A stretch of 63,987 bases of DNA, filler included, from Octopus bimaculoides (taxonomy: Eukaryota), in NCBI RefSeq assembly GCF_001194135.2. It is 9 parts of 9 records of this genome, joined end to end, with 100 filler letters (N's around TTAATTAATTAA, not from the genome) between each part and the next. Parts side by side here need not be neighbours in the genome. Positions count along the whole stretch, not along the records: positions 38,241 to 59,555 come from NC_068982.1; 8 more parts are not named here. The stretch is one strand, 5' to 3'. Position 1 is the first letter of the stretch. Each line of letters begins with the position of its first letter. Both the position numbers and the translations under genes were made by a program. The notes under the pieces are model-generated. The model made no database searches. It was not told the DNA's origin and saw only the letters and a list, made by a program, of their open reading frames with translations. This document shows, piece after piece, positions 38,983 through 52,155 of the stretch.

Positions 38983-39212
38983 NNNNNNNNNNNNNNNNNN
39001 NNNNNNNNNNNNNNNNNNNNNNNNNNNNNNNNNNNNNNNNNNNNNNNNNNNNNNNNNNNNNNNNNNNNNNNNNNNNNNNNNNNNNNNNNNNNNNNNNNNN
39101 NNNNNNNNNNNNNNNNNNNNNNNNNNNNNNNNNNNNNNNNNNNNNNNNNNNNNNNNNNNNNNNNNNNNNNNNNNNNNNNNNNNNNNNNNNNNNNNNNNNN
39201 NNNNNNNACTCG

Positions 39213-39556
39213 TTTACTTGTTTCAGTCATTTGACTGTGGCCATGCTGGAGCACCGCCTTTAGTCGAGCAAATCGACCCCAGGACTTATTCTTTGTAAGC
39301 CTAGTGCTTATTCTATCGGTCTCTTTTGCTGAACCGCTAAGTTACGGGGACGTAAATACACCAACATCGGTTGTCAAGCGATGTTGGTGGGTGGGTGGGG
39401 GACAAACACAGACACACAAACATATACACACACATATATATATATATGACGGGCTTCTTTCAGTTTCCGTCTACCAAATCCACTCAAGGCTTTGGTCGGC
39501 TCGAGGCTATTATAGAAGACACTCGCCCAAGGTGCCACGCAGTGGGACTGAACCCG
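39213..39556 (-). mobile_element. Family-A SINE, head truncated
   Basis: Colinear with 45421-45790. Confidence 0.85.
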
Positions 39557-40254
39557 TGACTCTGTGTGTGTGTTTATGTGTGTATATGTGTGTCTGAGTT
39601 TGTGCGCGTGAGTGTGTATAACAACAATAACAACAACGCGTGCGCGTGAGTGTGTACAACAACAAGAACAACAACAAAACTGAACAGCAACGGAAAATGT
39701 TTCAAGCCTATGACAAAGAAGATAACTACAAGCTCGACTCCAGAAAAAGGTTAAAAAAATTTGTTCATGGGCCGCAAAATGGTATTATATGCAGAATGAC
39801 AAAAGTGCAAGTATTCTCCTAACTTCAAAGATTGCCAAATTTGTATGTCTACTATTTATTTTTCTTAATTTCTAGCATATTATCCAAATTCTAGAAACAT
39901 ATTATCCACCTAGATATAATCATATGTGCATATCTAAATTACTTTATCAGTTACGTGTCACACTGCATTAGCTCTGCTTTTCCCACCCACTTCCGAAGAC
40001 TATATTGTAGTGCGAGACAAAAAAAAAAACAAGTACATACTATGCCAGAAAGCGAGAGGGGGTACATAGTAGCTTTCTTTATTGAAAGTATATCATAGGG
40101 TGTTTAGTTAAGCATCTATCAATGACGACATTAGTTTTTCTAAAAAAAAAAAAAAAAGTCATTCAAGAAAAACAACCCCCACAGGCGTGCATCGTGAGCG
40201 GACCCAGTTGTAATAATAATAATACTAATAATAATAATGATGATGATGATGATA

Positions 40255-40651
40255 ACAAGGTACAAGACCTTAAATTTGTGGGGGTGGGGACTAGTCGATT
40301 ATATCGGGCCTAGTGTTTCACTGGTACTTATTTTATCGACCCCAAATGGATGAAAGGCAAAGTCGACCTCGGTAGAATTTGAACTCAGAACGTAGCGACA
40401 GGCGAAATACTGCTAAGCATTCCGTCCAGTGCGCTAACGATTCTGCCAGCTCGCAGCCTTAATCCTTTCTACTATTGGCTCAAGTGCTGAATTTTTGTGA
40501 GGAGGTGCTCAGCTGACACTAATTTTATTGACTCCCGAAAAGATGAAAGGTAAATTCGACCTTGATGGAATTTGAACTCAGAAAGTAAAGTCGGAAGAAA
40601 TGCTGCAAAAACATATTGTCGGAGGTGCTAACGATTCTGCCACCTTGCAGC

Positions 40652-40704
<53 letters not shown>

Positions 40705-41184
40705 CCATGATGATGATGATGATGATGATGATTTCAAATTTTGTCATAAGGGCAGCAATATTGGAGGAGGGAATGAGTCGATTACGTCGACCCTAGTGTT
40801 CAACTGATATTTATTTTATCGACCCGAAAGGATGAAAGTCAACCTCGGCGGAATTTGAACTCAGAACGTAAAGCCGAACGAAATACTGCTAAGCATTCCA
40901 TCTGGTGTGCTAACGATTCTGCCAGCTCGCCGCCTTAATGATGATGATAATAATAATAATAATAATGATAATGATGATGATGATGATGATGGCTTCAAAT
41001 TTTGCCACAAGGCCTGAAATTTTGGGGAGGGGACTAGTCGATTACATCGAACCTAGTGTTTCACTGGTACTTAATTTATTGACCCCGAAAGGATGAAAAG
41101 CAAAGTCGACCTCGGCAGCATTCGAACTCAGAACTTGAAGACGGACGAAATGCCGGTAAACGTTTTGCCTCGCGCGCTAACGAT
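40255..41184 (-). mobile_element. Cluster of four co-oriented family-B SINE copies separated by trinucleotide tracts
   Basis: Copies at ~40255-40460, 40462-40651, 40731-40937 and 40990-41184, each with a variant of gtcgacctcggcggaatttgaactcagaacg..gctaacgattctgcc. Confidence 0.85.
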
Positions 41185-41920
41185 AAGAAGAAGAAGAAGA
41201 AGAAGAAAAAGAAAAAGAAGAAGAAGAAGAAGAAGAAGAAAACAACAACAACAATAATAGCATTTCTCATCTTTTTGTGTATGATGGAAAACAATTAAGT
41301 TTTGACTGCATTTATAATCAAAATTCTAAGCATTTTTTGAAACACTTAACGAACTATCTTACAGGTTTCATTCCTATACGTACAATAAAATAGACAAAAC
41401 AATTTCTCGAGCGAAGTACTACAATGATCTGTTCACTGTCCCATTCTTTTAAATCATACCTACACGATTTTCTCACACTCCAACAGCCGCATTTGCAGAC
41501 AACGTTTAGTTCTCCCACGATTTTCAGACGTAGCTGCATAACACGTCCAACCCTACCGTCAACCCAAATAGAAACTTAGCTTAAAAAAACAGACGATGAT
41601 TAGACTCTATTCAATACACTAGTTCCCTTTTTACTCGTAACTATAAAGAGCATTAAATAATGCCATCCATCAAACTCTATAACATAAACACTTCACACAC
41701 AGAAAATACCTGAAATAACTTTCAGCATTTCTATAACAATCACAACATTCATAAAAGCCAGAGTAAAAGAAGTAAAACGATGTGTAAACACACAAGAAGC
41801 ACTCAAAGGCACGATAGAACAAAAGAAAAAGAAACTCACAAGCAACATGGTGTACGGAAAATATAGTTGACGATGTTGACGTCATAAGAATCCAGACACT
41901 TCGACAAGGTGAAATAATAA

Positions 41921-43011
41921 TTTTTTGGAACGGTGAATGTCGAAGCAGATAAAGCGGATCTTTTTTAAAACGGGGGCCACATTTTTCATTAATGTTTTAC
42001 GTAGTGATTTTGGTACCGAAAGACTTTCAAACTTCGTATACTTATCTATTTTGTGTTATAGAACAGAAAAATATTTTTGTATTCGAATTTATTTCATGTA
42101 AAAAATTGTCTTATTTCGATAATTTCAACCAATCACTGACAAGTATTCAGTTGTTTACATTTACTCCTTTGGCTGATTAAGCCATAGCTTCGTTTTATTT
42201 GCTTTTTTCATTTTCTTCGTTTTATTTGCTTTTTTCTTTTTAAATTTGCTGTTTTACCCTAACCCTAACCCTAACCCTAACCCTAATCCTAACCATAACC
42301 CTATCACCGATAGAATTATTTCAGAATCGTTTGTTTATGNNNNNNNNNNTGTTTACATTTACTCCTTTGGCTGATTAAGCCATAGCTTCGTTTTATTTGC
42401 TTTTTTCATTTTCTTCGTTTTATTTGCTTTTTTCTTTTTAAATTTGCTGTTTTACCCTAACCCTAACCCTAACCCTAACCCTAATCCTAACCATAACCCT
42501 ATCACCGATAGAATTATTTCAGAATCGTTTGTTTATGTAGTCGGCACTTAATGTATATCGGCTGAATGGACGTCAGTGATTGGTTGAAATTACAGAAATA
42601 CGACAACTTTAACATGGAATAACTTGGGGATTTCTTTTTTTTTTTTAAGAAGACTAAGAGAAAAAGATGTTTTATATGACACATTCTACCAGTGTTCCAA
42701 GTTTCAAAGTGTTTCGTTAATGAAAATGTGGCCCCCGTTTTAAAAAAGATCCGATAAAGCTATAAATATTATAATAGAGTGTAAAGTATTAGATTAAAAA
42801 ATCGTTTGGGTAGAAAAAGTCAAAGACTGCTCGCGGAACTCGAACCCACATCCCCTGTAAATAAGGTAAGCGCCCTACCATTTGTCCAAAATAATCTTTC
42901 AGATGACTCTATCCATTTTAGGAACTTTAATTCTTATCGGCGAGAATTGTATGTTGTTGAGGTCAACAATTTAGAAACTTTATCTGCTTCGACGTTGACC
43001 ATTCCAAAAAA
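41921..43011. mobile_element. Older foldback element (34-bp TIRs) hosting the GGATC element and containing a tRNA-like segment
   Basis: ttttttggaacggtgaatgtcgaagcagataaag (41921-41954) versus ctttatctgcttcgacgttgaccattccaaaaaa (42978-43011), 3 mismatches. Confidence 0.65.
41956..42752. mobile_element. Non-autonomous DNA transposon with 36-37-bp TIRs (GGATCTTTTTTAAAACGGGGGCCACATTTT..) and 8-bp TSD GATAAAGC
   Basis: TIRs at 41956-41992 and 42717-42752. GATAAAGC at 41948-41955 and 42753-42760 (can also be parsed as a 6-bp TSD with CGG ends). Internal (TAACCC)n tract. Confidence 0.8.
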
Positions 43012-44260
43012 AGAATATTGAAAAATGTTAATCTTACACATGAAACTAAAGTTGCTTTGCAACTAATCTCAAGTTATGAAGAATACAAAATAGCACAGTT
43101 CCCATTATAATATATTACATGTTACTATATTCACAAAGAAGCAAGTGTACGCATGTCATTAGGGCATGCAATACACACATCAACTAATTAACACAACAAA
43201 ATCCAAGCTTTGTCCTTGTGAGTTTTTACAACGCCAGCAACGTAAAAATCTCTTTGTCTGAGGCCAGACAAACATAACAAGCAAATGTATACAAAAATAA
43301 CAACAGATCAATGAATTTAGAGTTGTCGCAAATACTAAGACGTATATTATCAAAGACGAGTGCAAATGAATAACAGCAACGTTTCACTCTTCTACATGTC
43401 CCCACCCGAAACTGCAGGAATTCAAACAATTTAATGGTGGAGCATCTATATGGTTGCTCGACTTGCTAGAAATAATTCCTCAAGTCGAACTATTGGAATC
43501 TTTTAACCTAATGTATTGTAAGGTATTGTTTACAACTGAATTTGCATCGAGATACATCGTTAAAAAGTTTTAATAACATACAAGTATTTTCATACAAATA
43601 ACCATTTTACTATTTTATTATCTATCACAATTAAAATTACGAATATGGCATCAAGAAGGCTATCATGATACTGAACTTTTTTATGCTGTTGGATATAGTC
43701 AGTACAAGTGAAAATGTAGGCGCAACTACATTAGACAAATTCGCATAATTTTCGTATTACAACATAACTAAATTTTTAATCATTACAGAATGAGGTAGAA
43801 GGAAATAAAATATACCACAAACAGAAAGCATATCAAATATTATTATAGAAACCCCCCCACCCCCCACAAAACAGTGTGTTGACATGAAAACTTAAATGAA
43901 TGATGTCTATATAAAAAGAATGACAAAATATTTTGTCAAATATGTTACGGATCAAAACTCACCAAAATATCTGCGATACATCTGCTTGACACATTTCTAT
44001 TACTCGTAACATCAAAGAGACACTCAGAAGTTGTTTTGAAAAAAAGTTTACGAAGGCGGAGAATATTAATAACAATTTCTTTTACACATGGTAACATACA
44101 GTATATGGTCCAAGAAAAGAAAAAACCTCCTGCTGTGAGTGTTGATAAAATAGGATTTGAGAGGTGGGCAAAAAACAGTTTCTTGAAATCTAATAGTATT
44201 GTATTTCGATGATTTAAATATCTCGAACTATAATAATCGGTTTTACTTTTTACAAATTAG

Positions 44261-44365
44261 GATTTTCTAGTTCTGTGGAAGAATGGTATGGTTATGATAC
44301 CTTGAATTCCGACTCTGACTCTAAAGCATCAGACAAAGTTTTACATATTTACATATCCATAAATG
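44261..44365 (+). other. Candidate orphan exon (phase 1-1, 105 bp; GFSSSVEEWYGYDTLNSDSDSKASDKVLHIYISIN)
   Basis: Acceptor ttttactttttacaaattag, donor atg|gtaatt, open frame, length divisible by 3. No recognisable domain. Confidence 0.2.
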
Positions 44366-45420
44366 GTAATTCTATGTAGAAAGTATATAAAAGAGGATCA
44401 AAGTAATAAGATGGTTTCATGAAAATATTGTAAAACGGTTATGATCTTACGAAAAATGAAACTGTATTACATTAGTAAAACGCACATTGGCATTAAGTTG
44501 GTGCTTTTCATTGCAAATTTAAATACACAATTCTACGTGTTGACTGGAATCTTTATTCGCGGTAAATTCTGTGAAGACGCAAGGTAAATATTCAAACGAA
44601 TTTGAGCTAACTGAATGATAAATAGTTGGTGTAGACCTTGAGTTAAGTTCATTAGTGTACTGCACAGAAATAATTAGTCTGATGAAGACTAATAAGGGAA
44701 TGTTTAATTATTATAGTACTCTATGAAAGTTAGATAAAATATATTACTGTATCTAGTTCAACTATAAAATAGTACTAAATTAGAATCGGCTATTTAAGTG
44801 GTTATATCCTATCTGGAAAACTGAATCTAATCTGTCACAAGAATGTCTCAGACAAAAATATCATACAACATTTAGCTTCGTATCTCTACAATGTGGGTTA
44901 AGATACTTCCGATTTTGTTTTTCATCTTCCTTGAATCTATAAAAGAAATGCCTGTCTTATACAGACGAAAACAATTTTTATCCTCCTTCCGCACCAAAAA
45001 CAATAACTATCAAACAACATTTGATAAATCCTTTTTTATTTGAAAAAAGTTCAAACAGCGCCAACAAAATTTGAGATATTTATTCCACAAACTCAATCTT
45101 AAAATTAATTGACATAATTCTGTAAAAGAAAATATTCATAAAAGTGAAAATTATTTGTTGATAGCCAACGACAGACACAACTATATTAATTCAAGCTACA
45201 AATATGTAGTAGAGTACACATTTAGTACTTATTTTATTTAGTCTGGAGAAACGAAAGGTATATTGGAATTCAGTAGAGTTTTAATGTAGGACACTAAATG
45301 AAGAAATCAAATATTATGTTACTTACAAACCAGCGTTCTATCATTAAAGACACTAGCACTCCTTTAATGTATAAAAGTGCTGACATTATATATCGATATT
45401 AACACTCTAGCTTGTTACTT

Positions 45421-45836
45421 TTTTACTCTTTTACTCTTTTACTTGTTTCAGTCAGTTGACTGTGGTCATGTTGGAGCACCGCCTTTAGTCGAGCAAGTCG
45501 ACCCCAGGACTTATTCTTTGTAAGCTTAGTACTTATTCTATCGGTATCTTTTGCCGAACCGCTATGTTGCGGGGACATAAACACACCAGCATCGGTTGTC
45601 AAGCAATATTGGGGGCACAAACACAGACACACAAACATATAAACACACATACATATACATATATACATATATACGACGAGCTACTTTCAGTTTCCGTCTA
45701 CCAAATCCACTCACAAGGTTTTAGTCGGCCCGAGGCTATAGTAGAAGACACTTGCCCAAGGTGCCACGCAGTGGGACTGAACGCGGAACCATGTGGTTGG
45801 TAAGCAAGCTACTTACCACACAGCAACTCCTACGCC
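45421..45836 (-). mobile_element. Full-length tRNA-derived SINE (family A; octopus OK/OR-type appearance)
   Basis: Minus-strand head ggcgtaggagttgctgtgtggtaagtagc..gttcagtcccactgcgtggcaccttgggcaagtgtctt (A/B boxes plus CORE-like segment), central CA/TA tract, 3' part ending in an (AAAGAGT)n tail. Many partial copies occur in the window. Confidence 0.85.
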
Positions 45837-47325
45837 TAGGATAACTTGACAACAAAAGTGCACTTCTGAAAACAGTTTGCATTCTTAATCCTTTTCTATA
45901 ACATATTTTACAACTGAAGAATAGGGATGATATTAGAAAGAATAATCAGTGAACACGTACAATAAATATAGGAAATCAGAACTTGGGTTATATTGCAATT
46001 GTTGCTGATAAAGAAAGGGGATTACTCAATCATTGTTTCGTATATATTAGCATCAACATTATGTGTAAATGTATTAAGGAATATACAATATTGTTTTCAT
46101 AAATTTATGTTGAGAATGAATGGGTTTTCCTCTAATATTTCAGAATTTTTTTTTTAATGGAAGAGCGGTAATGATGGGTGTGGTCATTACAATCAATTAA
46201 TAATAGTAAATACAGGACAAGAAAATAAAGACTTTCTTCACTGCTCACGATTAAGGAGAACGAAAAACGAATTCCTACAAAGACAATTTACTGAAAGAAA
46301 ACATCCTCGATGGGTGTATTTCCTCTGCTAAGAAAAGATTCATAAATGGAATCTGTCACATACAGTTAGTCTCATATGTATATCAGTAAGTATATCTCTT
46401 ACACGAATTTATTTATGAATTACAAGCTACGCATTGTAAAGCAAAGGTTTTGGGGAAAGGGGAAAGGGAAAACATGATTACATCAAAGATACGAGAAAAA
46501 GACAAGTTATATGAATGGGAAGAGAAGACAATAGCACTAAAGTAATTAAAGTGAAACGAGATCTCGGGATGACTATAAATGAATGGTTTAAATGACAGAA
46601 CAGAGAATGTATTCTGGTCAAATTCTAAACCAACTGAATGAACTGATTTGCTCGACGACTGCTGTGATGAGAAATAAATTCGTTATCAATTATGTTTGAT
46701 GAGAAAATAATTTCATTCACTATATCAAATGTTAGTAACAATTTAGCACAATTACAACAAATGATCTGCCCGCTGACTCTCAGTTTCTCATAAAATCAGG
46801 GATACACATATGTGTAGAATCAGGTCAGGGGCGATGCACTAGATGACTTAATTGGGATTTATTTCTTAGATAGAGAAAATAATATTTAAAAAAACCCCTA
46901 GCGGTAGTTATCAGAGACTCTCAGATAAAAGGGGACACAACATTAAATAATTTAAAATTAACTTGTAAGCGTGTAAAATTATATTCATGCTGCGGAATGA
47001 GTATGGTATTTGTTATCAGGCAAGTTGACAGTTATAAACATGTTTCTGTGTTATGGTACCTTGTTAGTGAAGAAAAAAACCAAACTCATCCCTGCTTAAT
47101 CTGTCAACAGAGATTTTGACCAGTAGTAATTTGTATAATTAAAACGGTAATGAGTTGAGGGAATGCAATATGCACACACGCACATACACGAACATACACA
47201 CGCACACGCACATACACACACTCTCTCACACACACGCACGCACATACATATGCGCACAGGCACACAGATATATAATAATTTGTTAGTGGTTTCATGAACA
47301 AAAAAGGAGAGAACTCAATACAATT

Positions 47326-47372
<47 letters not shown>

Positions 47373-48366
47373 NNNNNNNNNNNNNNNNNNNNNNNNNNNN
47401 NNNNNNNNNNNNNNNNNNNNNNNNNNNNNNNNNNNNNNNNNNNNNNNNNNNNNNNNNNNNNNNNNNNNNNNNNNNNNNNNNNNNNNNNNNNNNNNNNNNN
47501 NNNNNNNNNNNNNNNNNNNNNNNNNNNNNNNNNNNNNNNNNNNNNNNNNNNNNNNNNNNNNNNNNNNNNNNNNNNNNNNNNNNNNNNNNNNNNNNNNNNN
47601 NNNNNNNNNNNNNNNNNNNNNNNNNNNNNNNNNNNNNNNNNNNNNNNNNNNNNNNNNNNNNNNNNNNNNNNNNNNNNNNNNNNNNNNNNNNNNNNNNNNN
47701 NNNNNNNNNNNNNNNNNNNNNNNNNNNNNNNNNNNNNNNNNNNNNNNNNNNNNNNNNNNNNNNNNNNNNNNNNNNNNNNNNNNNNNNNNNNNNNNNNNNN
47801 NNNNNNNNNNNNNNNNNNNNNNNNNNNNNNNNNNNNNNNNNNNNNNNNNNNNNNNNNNNNNNNNNNNNNNNNNNNNNNNNNNNNNNNNNNNNNNNNNNNN
47901 NNNNNNNNNNNNNNNNNNNNNNNNNNNNNNNNNNNNNNNNNNNNNNNNNNNNNNNNNNNNNNNNNNNNNNNNNNNNNNNNNNNNNNNNNNNNNNNNNNNN
48001 NNNNNNNNNNNNNNNNNNNNNNNNNNNNNNNNNNNNNNNNNNNNNNNNNNNNNNNNNNNNNNNNNNNNNNNNNNNNNNNNNNNNNNNNNNNNNNNNNNNN
48101 NNNNNNNNNNNNNNNNNNNNNNNNNNNNNNNNNNNNNNNNNNNNNNNNNNNNNNNNNNNNNNNNNNNNNNNNNNNNNNNNNNNNNNNNNNNNNNNNNNNN
48201 NNNNNNNNNNNNNNNNNNNNNNNNNNNNNNNNNNNNNNNNNNNNNNNNNNNNNNNNNNNNNNNNNNNNNNNNNNNNNNNNNNNNNNNNNNNNNNNNNTTC
48301 CAACAACAACAAGTATGTCGAGTATATATGTGTGTATGTGTGTGTGTGTGTGTGTGTGCGCGCGCG

Positions 48367-48421
<55 letters not shown>

Positions 48422-49091
48422 ATTAATAGCGACAGAAGTAGCATTAATAGCAAAAGGTAATATTTATCTCCATTTAAAAGTGTATGTTGTGTTAGAACAC
48501 AGTATATTACGTTATTTACCACGAGAGGGCCTCTCATATGGACTTCTGGTGCATTTAAACAGCCATGATTATAGATGCAGTTCATTACAGTTTTAATAAT
48601 GCAAATTATTACTCGGCAAAACACTTCGTAATTATATATATATATATTATATACATATACACATATATATATGCATATGTGTATGTTTGTATGTATGTAT
48701 TATGTATGTATGTATGTATATATATATATATATATACACACACACATACACGCGTGTATATCTAGGGTACGCAAATAAGTTTTCAGTTGTTCGATCAAAA
48801 GAACTATCTGTTTATTGAATAAGCGTGTAAGTGGCTGAGTATTTCACAGACAGGCCTGCTGTTAGCCATAATTCTCTGCTTTGCGACACAGTATGTGACA
48901 ATGTGGTATTACAGGAACAATCCACGTGACGGGCTTCTGTACAATTTCAGTGTATTCCATTTTGTTGCCAGGATAAGGGTCAACTGAAGTTATGGGAAAT
49001 GACGCTTTTGAAAGATGTCACACAACGGGATTGGAACCAGGATGTCGTGGTTACGAAGCGAGCTTTTTAACCATGCAGCCATGCTGTGCCT

Positions 49092-49172
<81 letters not shown>

Positions 49173-49182
49173 NNNNNNNNNN

Positions 49183-49216
<34 letters not shown>

Positions 49217-50189
49217 ACACACACACACACACACACTCACACAAACACACACACACAGAGATAGACAGACAGACAGACAGACACACAAATACACACACAC
49301 ATGCACACAAATTTTTATGCCAATGTGTACATGAATTTAAAGAGCTATAAACGAGTTACATATGCAGGTACCACAAAGTACATGTATAGTTTTATTGGTA
49401 ATGTTTGTACACATGTTAACTCCTTTTCAAAAACAGAAAAAAAAGGAACGTGACGAATGATAGGGCTTACTTAGAACAGAACTCAATTTTTATTTTTCCG
49501 TTTACATCTATTGCAGAATTTGTTTTAATCAACACTTCCTCTTTATCTTTAGAAAAAAAAAAAATTACAAAAATCAACAAGAAAGACAACTGTTGTAGAA
49601 AATTCTGTTACAAAGAACTTGCTAACGTTTCCCTTCAGCCTACGCCAGCATACGCCTGCCTACGCCAAACATAACATGTTGCAAATGAGTTAAACGCTGC
49701 TAATCAGCAAACATCAGCAACTTACAAGTGGGCGGTGGCTGCATGGAACGCTATACAGAACAACATTTTGGCATTTTGTTTAATGTAAAATAGCTAGCCA
49801 TCTGGATGCTTTCAGAAAAATTCTCTCTCTCACTCTTTCTCTCTCTGTGTCTCTTTTCCCTCTCTCTGTCTCTTTTCTCTCTCTGTGTCTCTTTTCTCTC
49901 TGTGTGTCTCTTTTCTCTTTCTGTGCCTCTTTTCTCTCTCTCTCCCTAACCCTAACACTTTATAGTCCTTTCTAACCCCTCCCCTCTCCTTTCGTCTTTA
50001 TTATTTCTCTTTCTCGCAATCTCCGTAACTCCTCTAAGTCCTCTTTCTTTATCTAGGTCTCTCAACTATATGCAAAACCCTACAGATCCCTTTAGAAGAG
50101 CCACCCAACATGATGACAGCACCATAGCCAAGACCACTGATTTATATATATACATACATGCATACATACGTACATACATACATACATAC

Positions 50190-50513
50190 ATATTTATATA
50201 AGGGGCATTACTACAGAATAATGCCACACACTGGACTTCCCAAAATAAACACATTTAGTACCGAATGCGAGGAAAAACAACCAACAGAAGAAGACCAACT
50301 TTCTTTTGTTTTTCCTAAACAATACTATGCTGATGAGCGGAGTCTAGAATCATTCTGGTAATCGCGAAATCGGTCGATACATAATTGAGTTATTTAAAAG
50401 AAAGTTGGTCTTCTTCTGTTGGTTGTTTTTCCTCGCATTCGGTACTAAATATGTTTACTTTGGGAAGTCCAGTGTGTGGCCTTATTCTGTAGTAATGCCC
50501 CTTATATAAATAT
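50190..50513. mobile_element. Near-perfect 118-bp inverted repeat (young MITE/foldback)
   Basis: 50190-50307 is the reverse complement of 50396-50513 with 3 mismatches. The spacer is 88 bp and the ends are TA-rich. Confidence 0.85.
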
Positions 50514-50629
50514 ATAATTATATGTCTATGTGTTTGTACAACTTGTCATTGTGGTCTTATGGCACGAAGCAAGTAGGTCTTGTCGTCCACCCAACAAAAC
50601 AGATAATAAATGATCCACAAGCACTCAAG

Positions 50630-50719
50630 CAGACTGAGTCCTCAACTTATTCCATTTGCCAAAACGTTTGCAAGGCACCAGCAGGCCTCAAGAGACGCAT
50701 TCGTGTCCATAGAACATGA
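50630..50719 (+). mobile_element. Terminal C2H2-like finger remnant, likely from an RTE-type LINE 3' end
   Basis: YSICQNVCKAPAGLKRRIRVHRT* resembles CxxCxxxCxSxxGLxxHxRxH, which is found at RTE ORF ends. Confidence 0.4.
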
Positions 50720-50984
50720 TTAACGCTTTACTTAACTGAACCCTCATTTATCGTTCACGACAAGAGAATCTGTCGTCGTCATCATATATATATATATATA
50801 NNNNNNNNNNNNNNNNNNNNNNNNNNNNNNNNNNNNNNNNNNNNNNNNNNNNNNNNNNNNNNNNNTGTGTGTGTGTGTGTGTGTGTGTATGTGTGTCTGT
50901 GTATGTATGTTTGAATGTATATTTACATGCGCTTACGGACAAGTTTATATACATAGACAACGCCATGATAACAAAAATATTTAT

Positions 50985-51205
50985 TTCTTTATTGCCCAAG
51001 GGTGGGGTGGGGGGCTAAACATAGAGGGTACAACAAAGGGATTAAGTCGATTACATCGACCCCAATGCGTAACTGGTCATTATTTAATCGACCCCGAAAA
51101 GATGAAAGGCAGAGTAGACCTCGGCGGAATTTGAACTCAGAATGTAACGGTAGACGAAATACCGCTAAGTTTTTCGCCCGGCGTGCTAACGATTCTGCCA
51201 GCTCA
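50985..51205 (-). mobile_element. Family-B SINE, near full length (aataaagaaat-tail subfamily)
   Basis: atttctttattgccc..ggctaaacatagaggg..gaatttgaactcagaatg..gctaacgattctgccagctc. Confidence 0.85.
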
Positions 51206-52083
51206 AAAATGTCAACAGAAAGAATAGCCTATTCTCAACTGTTATAGGTACATTATACCTCACCTAGATAGATACACCTTCGTTATATCAATAAATGTAC
51301 ATTTATAAATTCACACTTTAATTCATTCACATATTCAAAACTCCTCGGAACTCTCTGGATTAAAAAGAAAAGACCTTGCCACTTTGTTAGTGACCACTTT
51401 GGATTCCACGATGAAGATTTTGAATAAATCTCAAAGAAAGCTACACATATATGTAACTATCGGGCTTCTATGGAGGACTCTTCAATGGGCCTTGGGCCCA
51501 ACAATGTCACTTCATACATTGAGTACATATTAAATTTTATTAAACTTGACCAATATTTTTCAAGCAATGAACAATTTTCATCAAAACAATGATATAATTT
51601 GTCGGCTTGAAACTTATTGCAAAGCTGCATGATAAACAACGGTTTTTGTCTTCCCATTCGGGGGTCAGCACATTTTTGTCTGTCTAACCTCTTTCTTTCT
51701 CTCTCTTTCTGCCATGCGCACGCCATTCAAACTTCGGACGCCACTACCATCAATACTTTTGACTTCGCCGCCTCCCCACTCACTACCACTATCTTTCACG
51801 TCGCTTACTATCACCGTCATCCCTGACCGCCTCGCCTACCACCACCACCGCCGTCATCACCGTCGCCTCGGCCTCTATCACAACTGTTCATACTATCACC
51901 CCAGCTAGAGGAATAGTAGAAGTGTCATTAAATAGTGAGAGAGGGGGTCAAAGTGTTACACACTGACACAGAAATTCGTTTTGACATTTATTTTTATAGA
52001 CTACTTCCACTACAAAAAGTAGCATTCAACCACCACCACCAAAACCGCCGGCGCTGCTGCTGCTGCTGCTGCTGTTGCTGCTG

Positions 52084-52155
<72 letters not shown>

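Noticed and set aside
42152-42537. Exact 188-bp tandem duplication (42152-42339 = 42350-42537)
   Set aside because: The copies are identical and separated by 10 Ns, the signature of unmerged overlapping contig ends.
51457-51726. 89-aa minus-strand ORF
   Set aside because: It starts in an (AG)n tract, lacks a usable acceptor and has no recognisable motif.
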